From assembly GCA_963803745.1 (NCBI GenBank), contig CAWDNL010000003.1:38379-102378 (forward strand): a stretch of 64,000 nucleotides of DNA, read 5' to 3'. Below the pieces are notes generated by a model, which made no database searches, was not told the DNA's origin, and saw nothing but the letters and a program-made list of their open reading frames with translations. How positions within the stretch are numbered: position 1 is the stretch's first letter; each line of letters starts with the position of its first letter. Origin of the DNA: an uncultured Acidimicrobiaceae bacterium. Its GTDB lineage: Bacteria > Actinomycetota > Acidimicrobiia > Acidimicrobiales > RAAP-2. This document shows, piece by piece, positions 28,635 to 38,877 of this stretch. The translations under genes and the position numbers were made by a program.

Positions 28635-29201
28635 ATGACCCTGGCTGGCCACTTTCTCACGTTCCCTACAATGGATAGTGATCGGAGTGTCGTGGCCAAG
28701 AAGAAGAAAAAGACCAAGTCCCTGGCGAGGATCGGCGTCATCGACACGATGTTCGCCCGCTACGACATGGGCGCCGCCGCGCGCGCCGAGCTCGCCGAGT
28801 GCCCCGGCTACGGAAAGAAATTTCAAGTTCTCTCCCAGACGGTGCCGGGCTTTAAGGACCTGGCCGTCGCGGCGAAGAACATGATCGAGCGCCACGGAGC
28901 TTCTATCGTCATCGTGCTCGGCATGCCCGGGAAAGAGCCCATCGACAAACAGTGCGCTCATGAGGCCTCCCAAGGCATCATGCAGGCCCAACTCATGACC
29001 TCCACCCCAATCCTCGAAGTCTTCGTACACGAAGACGAGTCTGACGATCCGATGATTTTGGCCTCGGTCTTTTTGAACCGTTCGCGCAGCCACGCGCGCA
29101 ACGCCTACTGGATGCTTTTTGAACCCGAGCAGTTGGCAAATCGTGCGGGCCGGGGCGTTCGCCAGGGCTTCTCCAACGCGGGGCCGCTCGAGGACTCTTA
29201 A
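28635..29201 (+). CDS. Archaeal-type riboflavin synthase (RibC, lumazine-synthase-fold) homologue; start uncertain (28635, 28671 or GTG 28692)
   Basis: The motif string IGVIDTMFARYDM ... TVPGFKDLAVAAK ... LGMPGK ... CAHEASQGIMQAQLMT ... EVFVHEDE ... AGRGVRQGFSNAGP matches, as I recall it, the Methanocaldococcus-type RibC along its whole length. Confidence 0.7.
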   Translation: MTLAGHFLTFPTMDSDRSVVAKKKKKTKSLARIGVIDTMFARYDMGAAARAELAECPGYGKKFQVLSQTVPGFKDLAVAAKNMIERHGASIVIVLGMPGKEPIDKQCAHEASQGIMQAQLMTSTPILEVFVHEDESDDPMILASVFLNRSRSHARNAYWMLFEPEQLANRAGRGVRQGFSNAGPLEDS

Positions 29202-29264
29202 CTTCGTGACGAACAGAGTAAGTAGGCTCGCCAGCGTCATGTTGGAGTAACCGAGGAGGAATAC

Positions 29265-30473
29265 ATGCCTGAAGCCGTCATCGTCGCCACCGCGCGCACT
29301 CCCATTGGAAGGGCCTTCAAGGGTTCACTGGTCGACATGCGTCCCGACGACCTCACCGCGCTGATCGTCGCGACGCTGCTCGAAAAGGTGCCCGAGCTCG
29401 ATCCGCACAGCGTGGAGGACCTCATGGTCGGCTGCGGTTCGCCGGCCGGCGAGTCCGGTTTTAATATCGCGCGAGTGGTCGCCATTCTGGCGGGCCTCGA
29501 CGACGTGCCCGGGGTCACCGTTAATCGCTACTGCTCCTCTTCGTTACAGACCATTCGTATGGCCGCGCACGCTATTCGCGCCGGCGAGGGCGACATCTTC
29601 ATCTCGGCCGGCGTGGAAACGGTCTCGCGCTTTGGCAACGGCGCCAGCGACAGTGGCAGGGCCATGAACCCACTCTTTGACGTCGCGATCGAACGCACCA
29701 AGGAGCGCTCGGAGAAGGTGACGGACCCCTGGTCGCCTCAGAGCGGCCTGCCCGACGTCTACATTGCCATGGGACAGACCGCAGAGAACGTGGCCGAGTT
29801 CGAGCAGGTCTCGCGACTGGAGATGGACGAGTTCGCGCTGCGCTCTCAAGAGCTCGCCGTCGCGCACCAAGAGAACGGCTTCTTCGAGCGAGAGATAACG
29901 CCGGTGACCCTGCCCAACGGCGAGGTTGTCACGAAGGACGACGGACCGCGCGCCGGCACGACGTTGGAGAAGCTCTCGAGCCTCCAACCCGTCTTTCGCC
30001 CAGGAGGCACCGTGACGGCCGGCAACTCCTGCCCGCTCAACGACGGAGCGGCCGGGGTCATCGTGATGAGTGACACCAAAGCAAAGGAGCTCGGCATTAA
30101 GCCCTTGGCGAGGATCATCGCCAGCGGGGTGAGCGGCCTCAACCCGGAGATCATGGGACTGGGCCCCATCGAAGCTTCGCGCCAAGCGTTGGCGCGAGCG
30201 AAGATGACCATCGACGAGATTGATCTGGTGGAGATCAACGAGGCCTTCGCGGCGCAAGTCCTGCCGAGCGCGAAGCATCTAGGCGTGCCTCTCGAGAAAC
30301 TCAACATCCGCGGCGGCGCCATCGCCCTCGGCCATCCCTTCGGCATGACGGGGGCGCGCATCATGACCACGCTGCTCAACTCCCTTGAAGACTCGGGTCA
30401 GCGCTTCGGGCTGGAGACGATGTGCGTGGGTGGCGGCCAAGGAATGGCCATGATCGTCGAGCGGCTGGCTTAA
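29265..30473 (+). CDS. Acetyl-CoA C-acyltransferase (thiolase II/I family)
   Basis: NRYCSSSLQ (active-site Cys), NEAFAAQ, GHPFGMTGAR, CVGGGQGMA. Confidence 0.92.
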   Translation: MPEAVIVATARTPIGRAFKGSLVDMRPDDLTALIVATLLEKVPELDPHSVEDLMVGCGSPAGESGFNIARVVAILAGLDDVPGVTVNRYCSSSLQTIRMAAHAIRAGEGDIFISAGVETVSRFGNGASDSGRAMNPLFDVAIERTKERSEKVTDPWSPQSGLPDVYIAMGQTAENVAEFEQVSRLEMDEFALRSQELAVAHQENGFFEREITPVTLPNGEVVTKDDGPRAGTTLEKLSSLQPVFRPGGTVTAGNSCPLNDGAAGVIVMSDTKAKELGIKPLARIIASGVSGLNPEIMGLGPIEASRQALARAKMTIDEIDLVEINEAFAAQVLPSAKHLGVPLEKLNIRGGAIALGHPFGMTGARIMTTLLNSLEDSGQRFGLETMCVGGGQGMAMIVERLA

Positions 30474-30476
30474 AGC

Positions 30477-31694
30477 GTGGCCACACCGGTCGAGGAACTC
30501 GACCTGCCGCTGCTTGACGGCGGCGTCTACCGCGACCCCGAACTCGAAGTCGCCGACTTAGCGCGCCAGAGTGCGCGAGGCTGGCTCGCGCGATTCACGT
30601 TCGGCTACGTGGTGCTCGACTACGACGACGTGGCGGCACTGCTGCGCGACAAACATCTTCACCAAGCCTCGAGCCTCGTGTCCCAACTCTTTACCGGCGA
30701 AGGCACCGCTCTCGATGAACTCAACCGAGACGGCATCTTAAGCGCCGAGGGTGAGGACCACACTCGACTGCGCCGACTCGTGGCCCCGCCGTTCTCGCCG
30801 CGCGCGATCGACCAGCTTCGCCCCTTCATGTCGCAGTACGTGAGCGAGCTCGCCGTCGAACTGGCGAGGGATTCGACGTTCGTCGTCGACGCCCCGGTAG
30901 CGCTGAATCGCTACCCCATCGCCGTGATCTGTCACCACCTGAACGTGCAGCGCGCCGACTGGGATCTCTTCTCACGCTGGGCCGAGACAACGTTTTTGTT
31001 GTTCTCCTCTGAGGTGAAGGGCCAGGAGGATCGCATCGTACGCGAAATCAAAGAGTTTTCCAGTTACTGCACCGCGCTGATCGACGAACGCCGTCACCAC
31101 CTCAGTGACGACTTGATCAGCCACCTCATCGAGGCCGAAGAGGAAGGCGATCGACTGAGCACGCCCGAGATGGTGAGCCTCATCCAGGGGATCATCGCCG
31201 CGGGCACCGACACCACCCGCAACCAGCTCTCGACGTCCCTGGCGCTTCTTTCGACGCGGCCCGACGTGTGGGACGAACTAGATGGCAACCCCGAACTGGC
31301 CACCGGCGTCGTCGAGGAGTCGCTGCGCTATCTCAACCCGATTCGCTTCGTCATCCGACAGGTAAACGAATCCTTCGAGTACCGAGGCGTCGCCTTTTCA
31401 AAGGGCACGCTGCTGGTCTTCAGCCTGGCCGGGGCGAATCGCGACGAGGGCCACTTCCACGACGGCGGCGTCTTCGATCCCCATCGCTCGGGCGCGCGCG
31501 AGCACTTGACGTTTTCCTCGGGCATTCACTTCTGCCTCGGGGCTGCGCTCGCGCGCGCCGAACTCCAAGAAGCGTTACTAGCGCTGCGCGCGCATTGGGT
31601 TCGCATCGAATCGGCCGGGGACGTCGTGTGGAAGGACTCGCGCCTCGCCGTGTGGGGAGCGCAGTCGGTGCCGCTGCGAGTGACGCGCGCTTAG
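30477..31694 (+). CDS. Cytochrome P450
   Basis: I-helix AGTDTT, ExxR (ESLR), and heme loop FSSGIHFCLGAALAR. GTG start. Confidence 0.9.
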   Translation: MATPVEELDLPLLDGGVYRDPELEVADLARQSARGWLARFTFGYVVLDYDDVAALLRDKHLHQASSLVSQLFTGEGTALDELNRDGILSAEGEDHTRLRRLVAPPFSPRAIDQLRPFMSQYVSELAVELARDSTFVVDAPVALNRYPIAVICHHLNVQRADWDLFSRWAETTFLLFSSEVKGQEDRIVREIKEFSSYCTALIDERRHHLSDDLISHLIEAEEEGDRLSTPEMVSLIQGIIAAGTDTTRNQLSTSLALLSTRPDVWDELDGNPELATGVVEESLRYLNPIRFVIRQVNESFEYRGVAFSKGTLLVFSLAGANRDEGHFHDGGVFDPHRSGAREHLTFSSGIHFCLGAALARAELQEALLALRAHWVRIESAGDVVWKDSRLAVWGAQSVPLRVTRA

Positions 31695-31921
31695 TCGGCG
31701 GGACCGGTGTAGCGCGCCTGGGCGTCGGCTTGGTACGAACGCTCTTCGTCCGCGCTGACCGGACGAGACTCGTCGGGCAGCAGCACCGGGATGGAGTCGC
31801 GCACTTCGTAGGCGACTCGCAGTCGCGGATTGTAGAGGACCTCTTTTGACGGCACGTACAAGAGCGCGCCGTGATCAACGGGGTCTTCTAAGAGGTCAAG
31901 CAGGAAACTATCGAGGGGCAT
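31691..31921 (-). CDS. Trm112-family small protein (Cys-less actinobacterial type)
   Basis: 76 aa with LLDLLEDPVDHGALLY ... IPVLLPDE pattern. Its start overlaps the manB stop. Confidence 0.7.
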   Translation of the reverse strand: MPLDSFLLDLLEDPVDHGALLYVPSKEVLYNPRLRVAYEVRDSIPVLLPDESRPVSADEERSYQADAQARYTGPAD

Positions 31922-33276
31922 TAGGCACCTTCCTTTAGCAGCGACAGCACTTGATCCACGTGAATCTCTAACGCGTCCTCGTCCTTCGCTTCGACGTTAA
32001 GACGCAGCAGCGGCTCGGTATTCGAGGGGCGAAGGTTAAACCACCACTCGCCGTAGTCGGCGGTGAGTCCATCGAGCAGATTGACGCTCACGCCTTCAGC
32101 CTCGAGTTGCTTGGTCACGCGCTCGACGGTCGCCGAAGGACTCACGACCTCGGTGTTGATCTCACCCGATGCGGCGTAGCGGGCAAAAGGCGCCGCGAGT
32201 TCCGAGAGCGGCGCGGTCGTTCTACTCATGAGCTCCAGCACCACGAAGGCGGTGATGATGCCCGAGTCCGCGCGAAAGTTGTCGCGGTAGTAGTAGTGCC
32301 CGGAGTGCTCACCACCAAAGATCGCCCCACTCTCGGCCATGACCTGCTTGATGTAGCTGTGTCCGACTCGGGTGCGCAGTCCCACACCGCCTTCTTCGGC
32401 GATCACTTCGGGCACCGATTTTGAGCAGATCAAGTTGTAGAGCACCGTGGCGCCGGGATGGCGCTTAAGCATCACGGCGGCGACCATCGCCGTGGTGGTC
32501 GAACCGCTCAACGGCTGCGCTTTTTCGTCGATGACAAAGACGCGATCGGCGTCACCGTCAAAGGCGAGTCCCATGTCGGCACCACTCTCCAGGACGCGAC
32601 GCTGGAGGTCTTTGATGTTCTCGGGATTGAGGGGGTCGGCCGGGTGGTTAGGAAAGTTACCGTCAAGTTCGGGATAGAGGACTTCGAGCTCGAAGGGCAG
32701 ACCGGCGAAGACCAGCGGCGCCACGAAGCCGCCCATGCCGTTGGCAGTATCAGCGACGATCTTGAGCGGTCGAAAGTTCGCCACGTCCACGAAGGAGTGC
32801 ACGTGGGCGACCCACTCGCCGGTGAGGTCGAGCTCGCGATAACCGGCGAGGTCGCCCGACGCCGGTGTGCCGTAGAAGTCATTGGTCATCGCTTCGATCT
32901 CGACCAGGCCCGATTCGACGCCCACCGGCTTCGCCCCGGCGAGACAGAGTTTGATGCCGTTGTACTTGGCGGGGTTGTGCGAGGCCGTGAACATGGTGCC
33001 CGGCAGGTCGAGATATCCCGAAGCGAAGTAGAGAAAGTCGGTGGAGGCGAGCCCTAAGTCGATTACCTCAACTCCCAGCGCGCGAACGCCCAGGGCGAAG
33101 GCCTCGCTCAGCGTCACGCCCGAGGTGCGCATGTCGCGCGCGATAACGATGGTGGGGCTCTCGGCGAAGGTCGCGAAGGCCGATCCCACGGCGGTCGCCA
33201 CCCGTTCGTCGATCTGGTCAGGGTACGTGCCACGAATGTCGTACGCCTTGAAGATCGAGGTCGTGTCCACGACCAC
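31921..33276 (-). CDS. manB: Phosphomannomutase/phosphoglucomutase
   Basis: TASHNPAKYNG phosphoserine loop, FDGDADR Mg site, GGEHSGH sugar-binding loop. Confidence 0.92.
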   Translation of the reverse strand: MVVDTTSIFKAYDIRGTYPDQIDERVATAVGSAFATFAESPTIVIARDMRTSGVTLSEAFALGVRALGVEVIDLGLASTDFLYFASGYLDLPGTMFTASHNPAKYNGIKLCLAGAKPVGVESGLVEIEAMTNDFYGTPASGDLAGYRELDLTGEWVAHVHSFVDVANFRPLKIVADTANGMGGFVAPLVFAGLPFELEVLYPELDGNFPNHPADPLNPENIKDLQRRVLESGADMGLAFDGDADRVFVIDEKAQPLSGSTTTAMVAAVMLKRHPGATVLYNLICSKSVPEVIAEEGGVGLRTRVGHSYIKQVMAESGAIFGGEHSGHYYYRDNFRADSGIITAFVVLELMSRTTAPLSELAAPFARYAASGEINTEVVSPSATVERVTKQLEAEGVSVNLLDGLTADYGEWWFNLRPSNTEPLLRLNVEAKDEDALEIHVDQVLSLLKEGA

Positions 33277-33281
33277 TCACT

Positions 33282-36026
33282 CTACCGGCGAGCGATTCGC
33301 CGCCTTTTTAGGGCGAGGTAGAACACGACCAGACCGACGATCGCGGTGGCATCGCTCACCACGTTGCCAATCGAGAGCGCCGGCGTACTCGCGTAGTTGA
33401 GCGACACGTTCTTTGACGTCGGCACCACAACCATCAAGTTGGGGCTTACCCGGTAGGGCCCACTCGCACCGGTCACGTGCCACCTGGGGTAGTACGAAAT
33501 CTTCACCAGCATCGGCACCCCGACGCGACTGACGTGAAACGACAACGACTGCAGTCCAACCTTCACGTTGCTGACGCTCACCGATGGCAGCAACGCGGAA
33601 GTCGTCATGGACGTCACGCTCGTCGCGCGGGGCCACGACGACGGCCCGCTCAGCGCGAGGTACACCGACTGCAACTTGGGCGTGAGCCACCACGTCTCGT
33701 TGGCGTCGAGCCAGCGCGCTTGGCTCGCCACGTTGGCAACGACATTGGGCGTGTGGGTAAGCGCCTCAACCATCGGGCTGTTCTTGATGAGATAGATCCG
33801 CCACTGCGCACCGGGCGCGGGAAACGTCTTGGTCTTCGCCACCAGCGTGAGTTCAGGATCGAGGTTGGCCTGGGCGATGACCTGGGGCGAGAAGGCCATG
33901 AAGTACTTCACACCGAGCATCTGGAGGTGACGTACACCGAGCGCCACATCGAGGGGGCCGTAGTTCAGTCCCACTTGGGGATCGCTGGGCGAGGCGCTCA
34001 GTTCACTTTGGTCGAGGTAGTGAAAAGGCGTTGTGGGCGAGGACTCCATCAAGAGCCCTTCCATCGAGTCGACGCAGTTGTTCGTCCAATAGGGCAGCAG
34101 CATTAACGCCTCGGGCGTGCCCATGGGATTCTCCTGGGCGAAGCTGTACTCCCACATCGCTCGACCGCAGCCGTAACGACGAGACACACGGATCATGGTC
34201 GTAATGATGTCGTGGTACTCCGGCCAGCCGGGTTTGTTTTGATAGCCCGAGTAGTTGTACTGAGCCCACGCGCTCACCTGGTTCCCGCCCGTCGCCAAGT
34301 GCAGGTCGTTGGCTAGGGGCGTGATCTGTCCCGGCACGGTGGAGAGAAGACCGAGGAGTCCGACGGCGCACGTCGCTCGAAAGATCCGCCGCGAGAGCCG
34401 CTTCGGATCGTCGGTCACCTCCACGCTCGTTTCATCGATCTCGGGAACGAGGACCCGCTCGTCCACTTCGTCGTCGTGGGTGATGTTGCTGCCCTCTTCA
34501 AAGAAGCCCGCCCATCGAAAGCGTCGCGGAACCTTCGAGGCCCAGCGCCACGCGAGGTACCCGAACAACCACCCCACGCTCAGGTGAATCGTGATGTACC
34601 AAAAAGGCATGAGTCGCTGATCCCAGATGGCGCTCTGCGGATCGAGCACGAAGGCCCAGAACGACCCGACGCTCAACGCGCCGAGCGCCATGCCGAGACG
34701 GTCGCGAACGGCGAAGGCCACCACGACTGCCACCGCGCACAACACGATGACCCAGCGATCGCCGGCTGCTCCTCCGCTCGCGTTGAACCAACCGAGCAGC
34801 GTGAAGATGCCACCCGCGGTATTGACGTTCTCATTCACGTAGCCCAGCGAGTCGGTGAGCGACTGGGTTGTGGCGAAGGGAAAGAGCCACCAGGCGGAGA
34901 GTCCGATCGAAAGCAGCACCGCGCCGACCGCAAATCGAATCGGCCGCGCGTAGTCGCCACGGGCCCCTTCGCTCGCGTAGGACGCCGCGTTGGCGCGGCG
35001 CTGGAAAAGTTCGAACGCCGTGAGTAAGAGAATCAGTACGAAACTGAATCGAATGGCCACAAAGAGTGAGAGCACCGTGGCGAGGAAGTCGCACGCCGTG
35101 AGCCACCAGTCGCGCAGGCGCGGCACGCCGTAGCGGAAGCGCCAAATGGCGAGCAGGGCCAAGCCGAGCGTGAGGAGCAACGAGAGGACTGGCTCTCTCG
35201 CGGAGAAGATGCCGCGCTCATTGACCTCGAAGGACGTATCGAGAAAGAAGGGCAGAAACGCAATGAAGAGCAGACCGAGACCCACGAGGAGGCGATTCGG
35301 TCGATTGTCTTGCGGCGTTCTCCGCCGCGGCACCGGGTCACCTACGCCGTGTCGATAGAGCAGTTCAAAGACCGCCAGCACGGCGATGGCGCCGAGACTG
35401 AAGAGCCACGGCAACACGTGCGAGGCCAACGTGAGGCTGAGACAGAGCGCCGCCAGCCAGTACCCCTTCCCGGTGCGAAGGCCGCGCGCGAAGAGACCGA
35501 TCGTGAGCAAGGCGAAGGCCAACGAGAGCGAGAACGCGTACTCGCCCGCCATCGTCGAAAATAGATTGCCGCCATCGATGGTGAAGGACGCGTCAAAGAG
35601 AAAGGGCAACGTGGCCATGGCCAGCGCGACCGGCACGGGTCGGGGGGCGCGAAAGAGTCGCCCCATCGCGTAGGCGGTAATGGGCATTAAGACCGAGCCG
35701 AGAACGGTCGCGAGCTTCATGGCGACGGCGAAGCCGATGACGTAGCTGAAGAAGCTGGCCAGAACGTCAGGCAGGACGAAGTAATAGGTGTAGAGCGGTA
35801 TACCGTCGAACCAACCCGGGTACCACGGGGTGAAATTGAAGATGTTGCCCGTGGTCTTTAGGTACGCCGGCGCCGCCAAGTGCGAACCGGTATCGCCCCC
35901 CGTGATGAGCGAGGGTGAGATGAGGAGCGAGGGGTGCAGCGAAATAATCGTCACGAAAATGACGGCGAGAACGAATGCGCCGTCCAAGAGCCGCTGCGGC
36001 GTCCAGAACTCCCGAAGGCGAGCCAT
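33282..36026 (-). CDS. 914-aa polytopic membrane protein, GT-C-like (PTPS-related/COG5617-like by motif recall)
   Basis: N-terminal ITGGDTGSH and TPWYPGWFDGIPLYTYYFVLP motifs, about 14 TM segments, a roughly 330-aa extracytoplasmic domain and a terminal TM. I prefer the ATG at 36026, which overlaps the upstream TGA by 1 nt, over the TTG at 36029. Confidence 0.55.
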   Translation of the reverse strand: MARLREFWTPQRLLDGAFVLAVIFVTIISLHPSLLISPSLITGGDTGSHLAAPAYLKTTGNIFNFTPWYPGWFDGIPLYTYYFVLPDVLASFFSYVIGFAVAMKLATVLGSVLMPITAYAMGRLFRAPRPVPVALAMATLPFLFDASFTIDGGNLFSTMAGEYAFSLSLAFALLTIGLFARGLRTGKGYWLAALCLSLTLASHVLPWLFSLGAIAVLAVFELLYRHGVGDPVPRRRTPQDNRPNRLLVGLGLLFIAFLPFFLDTSFEVNERGIFSAREPVLSLLLTLGLALLAIWRFRYGVPRLRDWWLTACDFLATVLSLFVAIRFSFVLILLLTAFELFQRRANAASYASEGARGDYARPIRFAVGAVLLSIGLSAWWLFPFATTQSLTDSLGYVNENVNTAGGIFTLLGWFNASGGAAGDRWVIVLCAVAVVVAFAVRDRLGMALGALSVGSFWAFVLDPQSAIWDQRLMPFWYITIHLSVGWLFGYLAWRWASKVPRRFRWAGFFEEGSNITHDDEVDERVLVPEIDETSVEVTDDPKRLSRRIFRATCAVGLLGLLSTVPGQITPLANDLHLATGGNQVSAWAQYNYSGYQNKPGWPEYHDIITTMIRVSRRYGCGRAMWEYSFAQENPMGTPEALMLLPYWTNNCVDSMEGLLMESSPTTPFHYLDQSELSASPSDPQVGLNYGPLDVALGVRHLQMLGVKYFMAFSPQVIAQANLDPELTLVAKTKTFPAPGAQWRIYLIKNSPMVEALTHTPNVVANVASQARWLDANETWWLTPKLQSVYLALSGPSSWPRATSVTSMTTSALLPSVSVSNVKVGLQSLSFHVSRVGVPMLVKISYYPRWHVTGASGPYRVSPNLMVVVPTSKNVSLNYASTPALSIGNVVSDATAIVGLVVFYLALKRRRIARR

Positions 36027-36775
36027 CAATGTCCGGCGCGTTGCGCAATGACCGCGACCAGCGCGGTCGCGTTGAAGGAGGCGTGGGTTAAGTAGCTCGG
36101 CACCAGACGCTGGGTGCGCTGGACGAGAATCGCCAGGACGACGCCGAGAAAGACCAGCCCAGCAAACTGCAGCGGCTCACCGTGGGCCGCACCAAAGAGG
36201 ACGGCACTGATGATCACACCGAGCGTGACCGCGACTCGTGACGAGACGCCGGTCGCGCCTTCGGCGACGGCGCGAAAGATGACGCCGCGAAAGAGCCACT
36301 CTTCGAAAAAGGGCGCGAGCAAGGTGGTCATGAGTGCGATGAGGACGAACCCCGGGCCGTGCGCCGCCTTGAAGAGGTGGTTCACCGGATGCTCCAGGCT
36401 CTTGATGTGGAACGGCTCGTAGGCCGCATCGACGATGAGCTGCATCGCGACGCCGAGCACGACGTACAGCGCGTCGCTGGCGCGCGGCCGCCACTGCTCG
36501 GGTAACGGACGCAAGTTGCCCTCGCGGTGGGCGAAGTAGATAGCCGCCGAAAAGCCGACCCACAAGCCGAGAAGACCGAGCGCGTTGGCCCACCACGGCG
36601 GGTTGGCCGCTCGACCGAGCGCGCTGAGTCCTCCCGAATAGTGCGTGATGGCGACTCCCACGGCCTCTAAGAGCAGTCCGAGAATCTGTCCGGCTAAGAA
36701 TCCAATAAAACCGGCCACGAGAATCGCCACGACACGTGGACGATTTCCTTGTAGCGCTGCGGAAGAAGAACTCAA
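36026..36775 (-). CDS. CPBP-family (CAAX/Abi) intramembrane glutamic metalloprotease
   Basis: FFEEWLFRG (EExxxR), FGAAH (FxxxH) and THASFN motifs across multiple TM segments. Confidence 0.85.
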   Translation of the reverse strand: MSSSSAALQGNRPRVVAILVAGFIGFLAGQILGLLLEAVGVAITHYSGGLSALGRAANPPWWANALGLLGLWVGFSAAIYFAHREGNLRPLPEQWRPRASDALYVVLGVAMQLIVDAAYEPFHIKSLEHPVNHLFKAAHGPGFVLIALMTTLLAPFFEEWLFRGVIFRAVAEGATGVSSRVAVTLGVIISAVLFGAAHGEPLQFAGLVFLGVVLAILVQRTQRLVPSYLTHASFNATALVAVIAQRAGH

Positions 36776-36849
36776 AGGCCAAACACTTTCAACTCGAGGT
36801 TTTGCACAGGCCTAACCGAAGTGTCGAAGATCACCCCTAGATTAGATAC

Positions 36850-38877
36850 GTGGCTGACGCACAAAACGATCAAAACGGCTTTAAAAAATTCTTACCAGGC
36901 GGTGAGAAGCCCATGGCGCCTCAAGTGCGCCGTCGAATGATCACGATCGTGGTCATTCTTTTCATTTTGGGAATTTTAGTCATCAACTCGCTGTTTCAGC
37001 ACACGAGCGTCAAGACCATCACCTACTCGAGACTGCTGAACGAAGCGAAGGCCGACTCGGTAATTTCAGCCTCCATCAACAACTCCAATGGAGTCATCAC
37101 CGGTCAACTAAGTAATGGAACGAACTACACGACTAACGGCCCCTTCCCGGCACTCGCCACCGAAGTCACCACCCTCAAGGCCGACGACGTCACCGTCACC
37201 TTCGCGAACCCCTCGAGTTTGGCGGGCGAGCTCCTCCCCTACCTGATTTGGATCTTGATCTTTGGCGCGTTCATGTACTACATCAGTCGCCAGGCGCGCG
37301 GACAGATGAACGGCATGATGTCAGTCGGTCGCTCTAAGGCTAAGCAGTTCAATGAAGACCGACCGAGGACCACCTTCGCCGACGTCGCCGGTTACCTCGG
37401 GGTCAAAGAAGAGATCAGCGAAGTGGTGGAGTTCCTGAAGAATCCAATCCGCTATAAGAACATCGGTGCCACGATTCCCAAAGGTATTTTGCTCGTTGGT
37501 CCGCCCGGTACCGGCAAAACCATGCTCGCGCGCGCCGTCGCCGGTGAAGCGGGCGTGCCGTTCTTCTCGGTCTCCGGATCGGACTTCATGGAGATGTTCG
37601 TCGGGGTGGGCGCGAGCCGCGTTCGTGATCTCTTCGCCACCGCACGCAAACAGTCCCCGGCCATCGTCTTCGTCGACGAAATCGACTCCATTGGCCGAAA
37701 GCGCGGTGCCGGACTCGGCGGCGGGCACGACGAGCGCGAGCAGACGCTGAACCAGATGCTGAGTGAGATGGACGGCTTTGAGCCGACCGAAGGGGTGGTG
37801 GTGATCGCCGCCACCAACCGACCGGACGTCCTCGACCCGGCGCTGCTGCGCCCCGGGCGATTCGACCGCCAGATCGTTGTTCCCCTCCCCGATCTCGAAG
37901 AGCGCCTACCGATCCTTCAGGTGCACTCCAAGGGTAAACCGCTCGATCCTTCGGTGGACATGTCCATTGTCGCGCGCGGCACGCCGGGCATGAGCGGCGC
38001 GGACCTGGCCAACCTGGTCAATGAGGCAGCGCTGCACGCGGTGCGTCGTAACTCGCCCACCATCGGCATGGAGGACTTCGAGTCCTCACGGGATCGCGTG
38101 TTGATGGGCCAAGAGCGCGACACCATGGTCCTCCAGGACGACGAGCGCGAGCGCATTGCCTTTCACGAGAGCGGCCACGCCCTCTTGGCCTACGTGCTCG
38201 ACAAGACGGACCCCCTGCACAAAATCACGATCATTCCGCGGGGTATGGCCCTGGGCGTGACGATGACGCTGCCCGAAGAGGACCGCCACATCATGTCGCG
38301 CCAGCACCTAGAGGACTCTCTATGCATGCGCATGGGTGGGCGCGTCGCCGAGCTTCTCGTGTACGGCGACCTCTCCACCGGCGCCGCCGATGACCTGCAG
38401 CGCAACACGGAACTGGCGCGTCGCATGGTGCGCGAGTGGGGTATGTCCAAGGAGATCGGGCCCATGGCCTGGGGCTCGAACAACCAGGTCTTCTTGGGCG
38501 AGGACCTCATGCACACTCGCGACTACTCCGATCACACCTCCAAGGTCATCGACGATGAGATCGAACGAATCTTGCGCGAGCAAGAGTCAAGGGCCATCGA
38601 GGTACTCACCCTGCACCGTCGCGGTCTCGAGGCGCTGACGCGGGCCCTGCTCGAACGAGAGACCATTGACGGCGCCGATGCGGCGCGTCTCATCGACGAA
38701 GCGAACGGCGAACCCGTTCATCCCGTAGGCACCAAGACGGTGAGCGCTCTTTCCGGCGTGGGCAAGTCCGCACCTGCGAAGGAGGCGAGCCCGGTAGCTC
38801 CGGCCGCGACGTCGCCGGCGACGCCGCCCGCACCGGCCACGCCAAACTGGCAGCCGCCGACCCTACCGGCCGTCTAG
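36850..38877 (+). CDS. ftsH: ATP-dependent zinc metalloprotease FtsH
   Basis: Two N-terminal TM segments, GPPGTGKT, the [10 protein letters not shown] second region of homology, the HESGHAL zinc site, and a Pro/Ala-rich tail. Confidence 0.95.
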   Translation: MADAQNDQNGFKKFLPGGEKPMAPQVRRRMITIVVILFILGILVINSLFQHTSVKTITYSRLLNEAKADSVISASINNSNGVITGQLSNGTNYTTNGPFPALATEVTTLKADDVTVTFANPSSLAGELLPYLIWILIFGAFMYYISRQARGQMNGMMSVGRSKAKQFNEDRPRTTFADVAGYLGVKEEISEVVEFLKNPIRYKNIGATIPKGILLVGPPGTGKTMLARAVAGEAGVPFFSVSGSDFMEMFVGVGASRVRDLFATARKQSPAIVFVDEIDSIGRKRGAGLGGGHDEREQTLNQMLSEMDGFEPTEGVVVIAATNRPDVLDPALLRPGRFDRQIVVPLPDLEERLPILQVHSKGKPLDPSVDMSIVARGTPGMSGADLANLVNEAALHAVRRNSPTIGMEDFESSRDRVLMGQERDTMVLQDDERERIAFHESGHALLAYVLDKTDPLHKITIIPRGMALGVTMTLPEEDRHIMSRQHLEDSLCMRMGGRVAELLVYGDLSTGAADDLQRNTELARRMVREWGMSKEIGPMAWGSNNQVFLGEDLMHTRDYSDHTSKVIDDEIERILREQESRAIEVLTLHRRGLEALTRALLERETIDGADAARLIDEANGEPVHPVGTKTVSALSGVGKSAPAKEASPVAPAATSPATPPAPATPNWQPPTLPAV

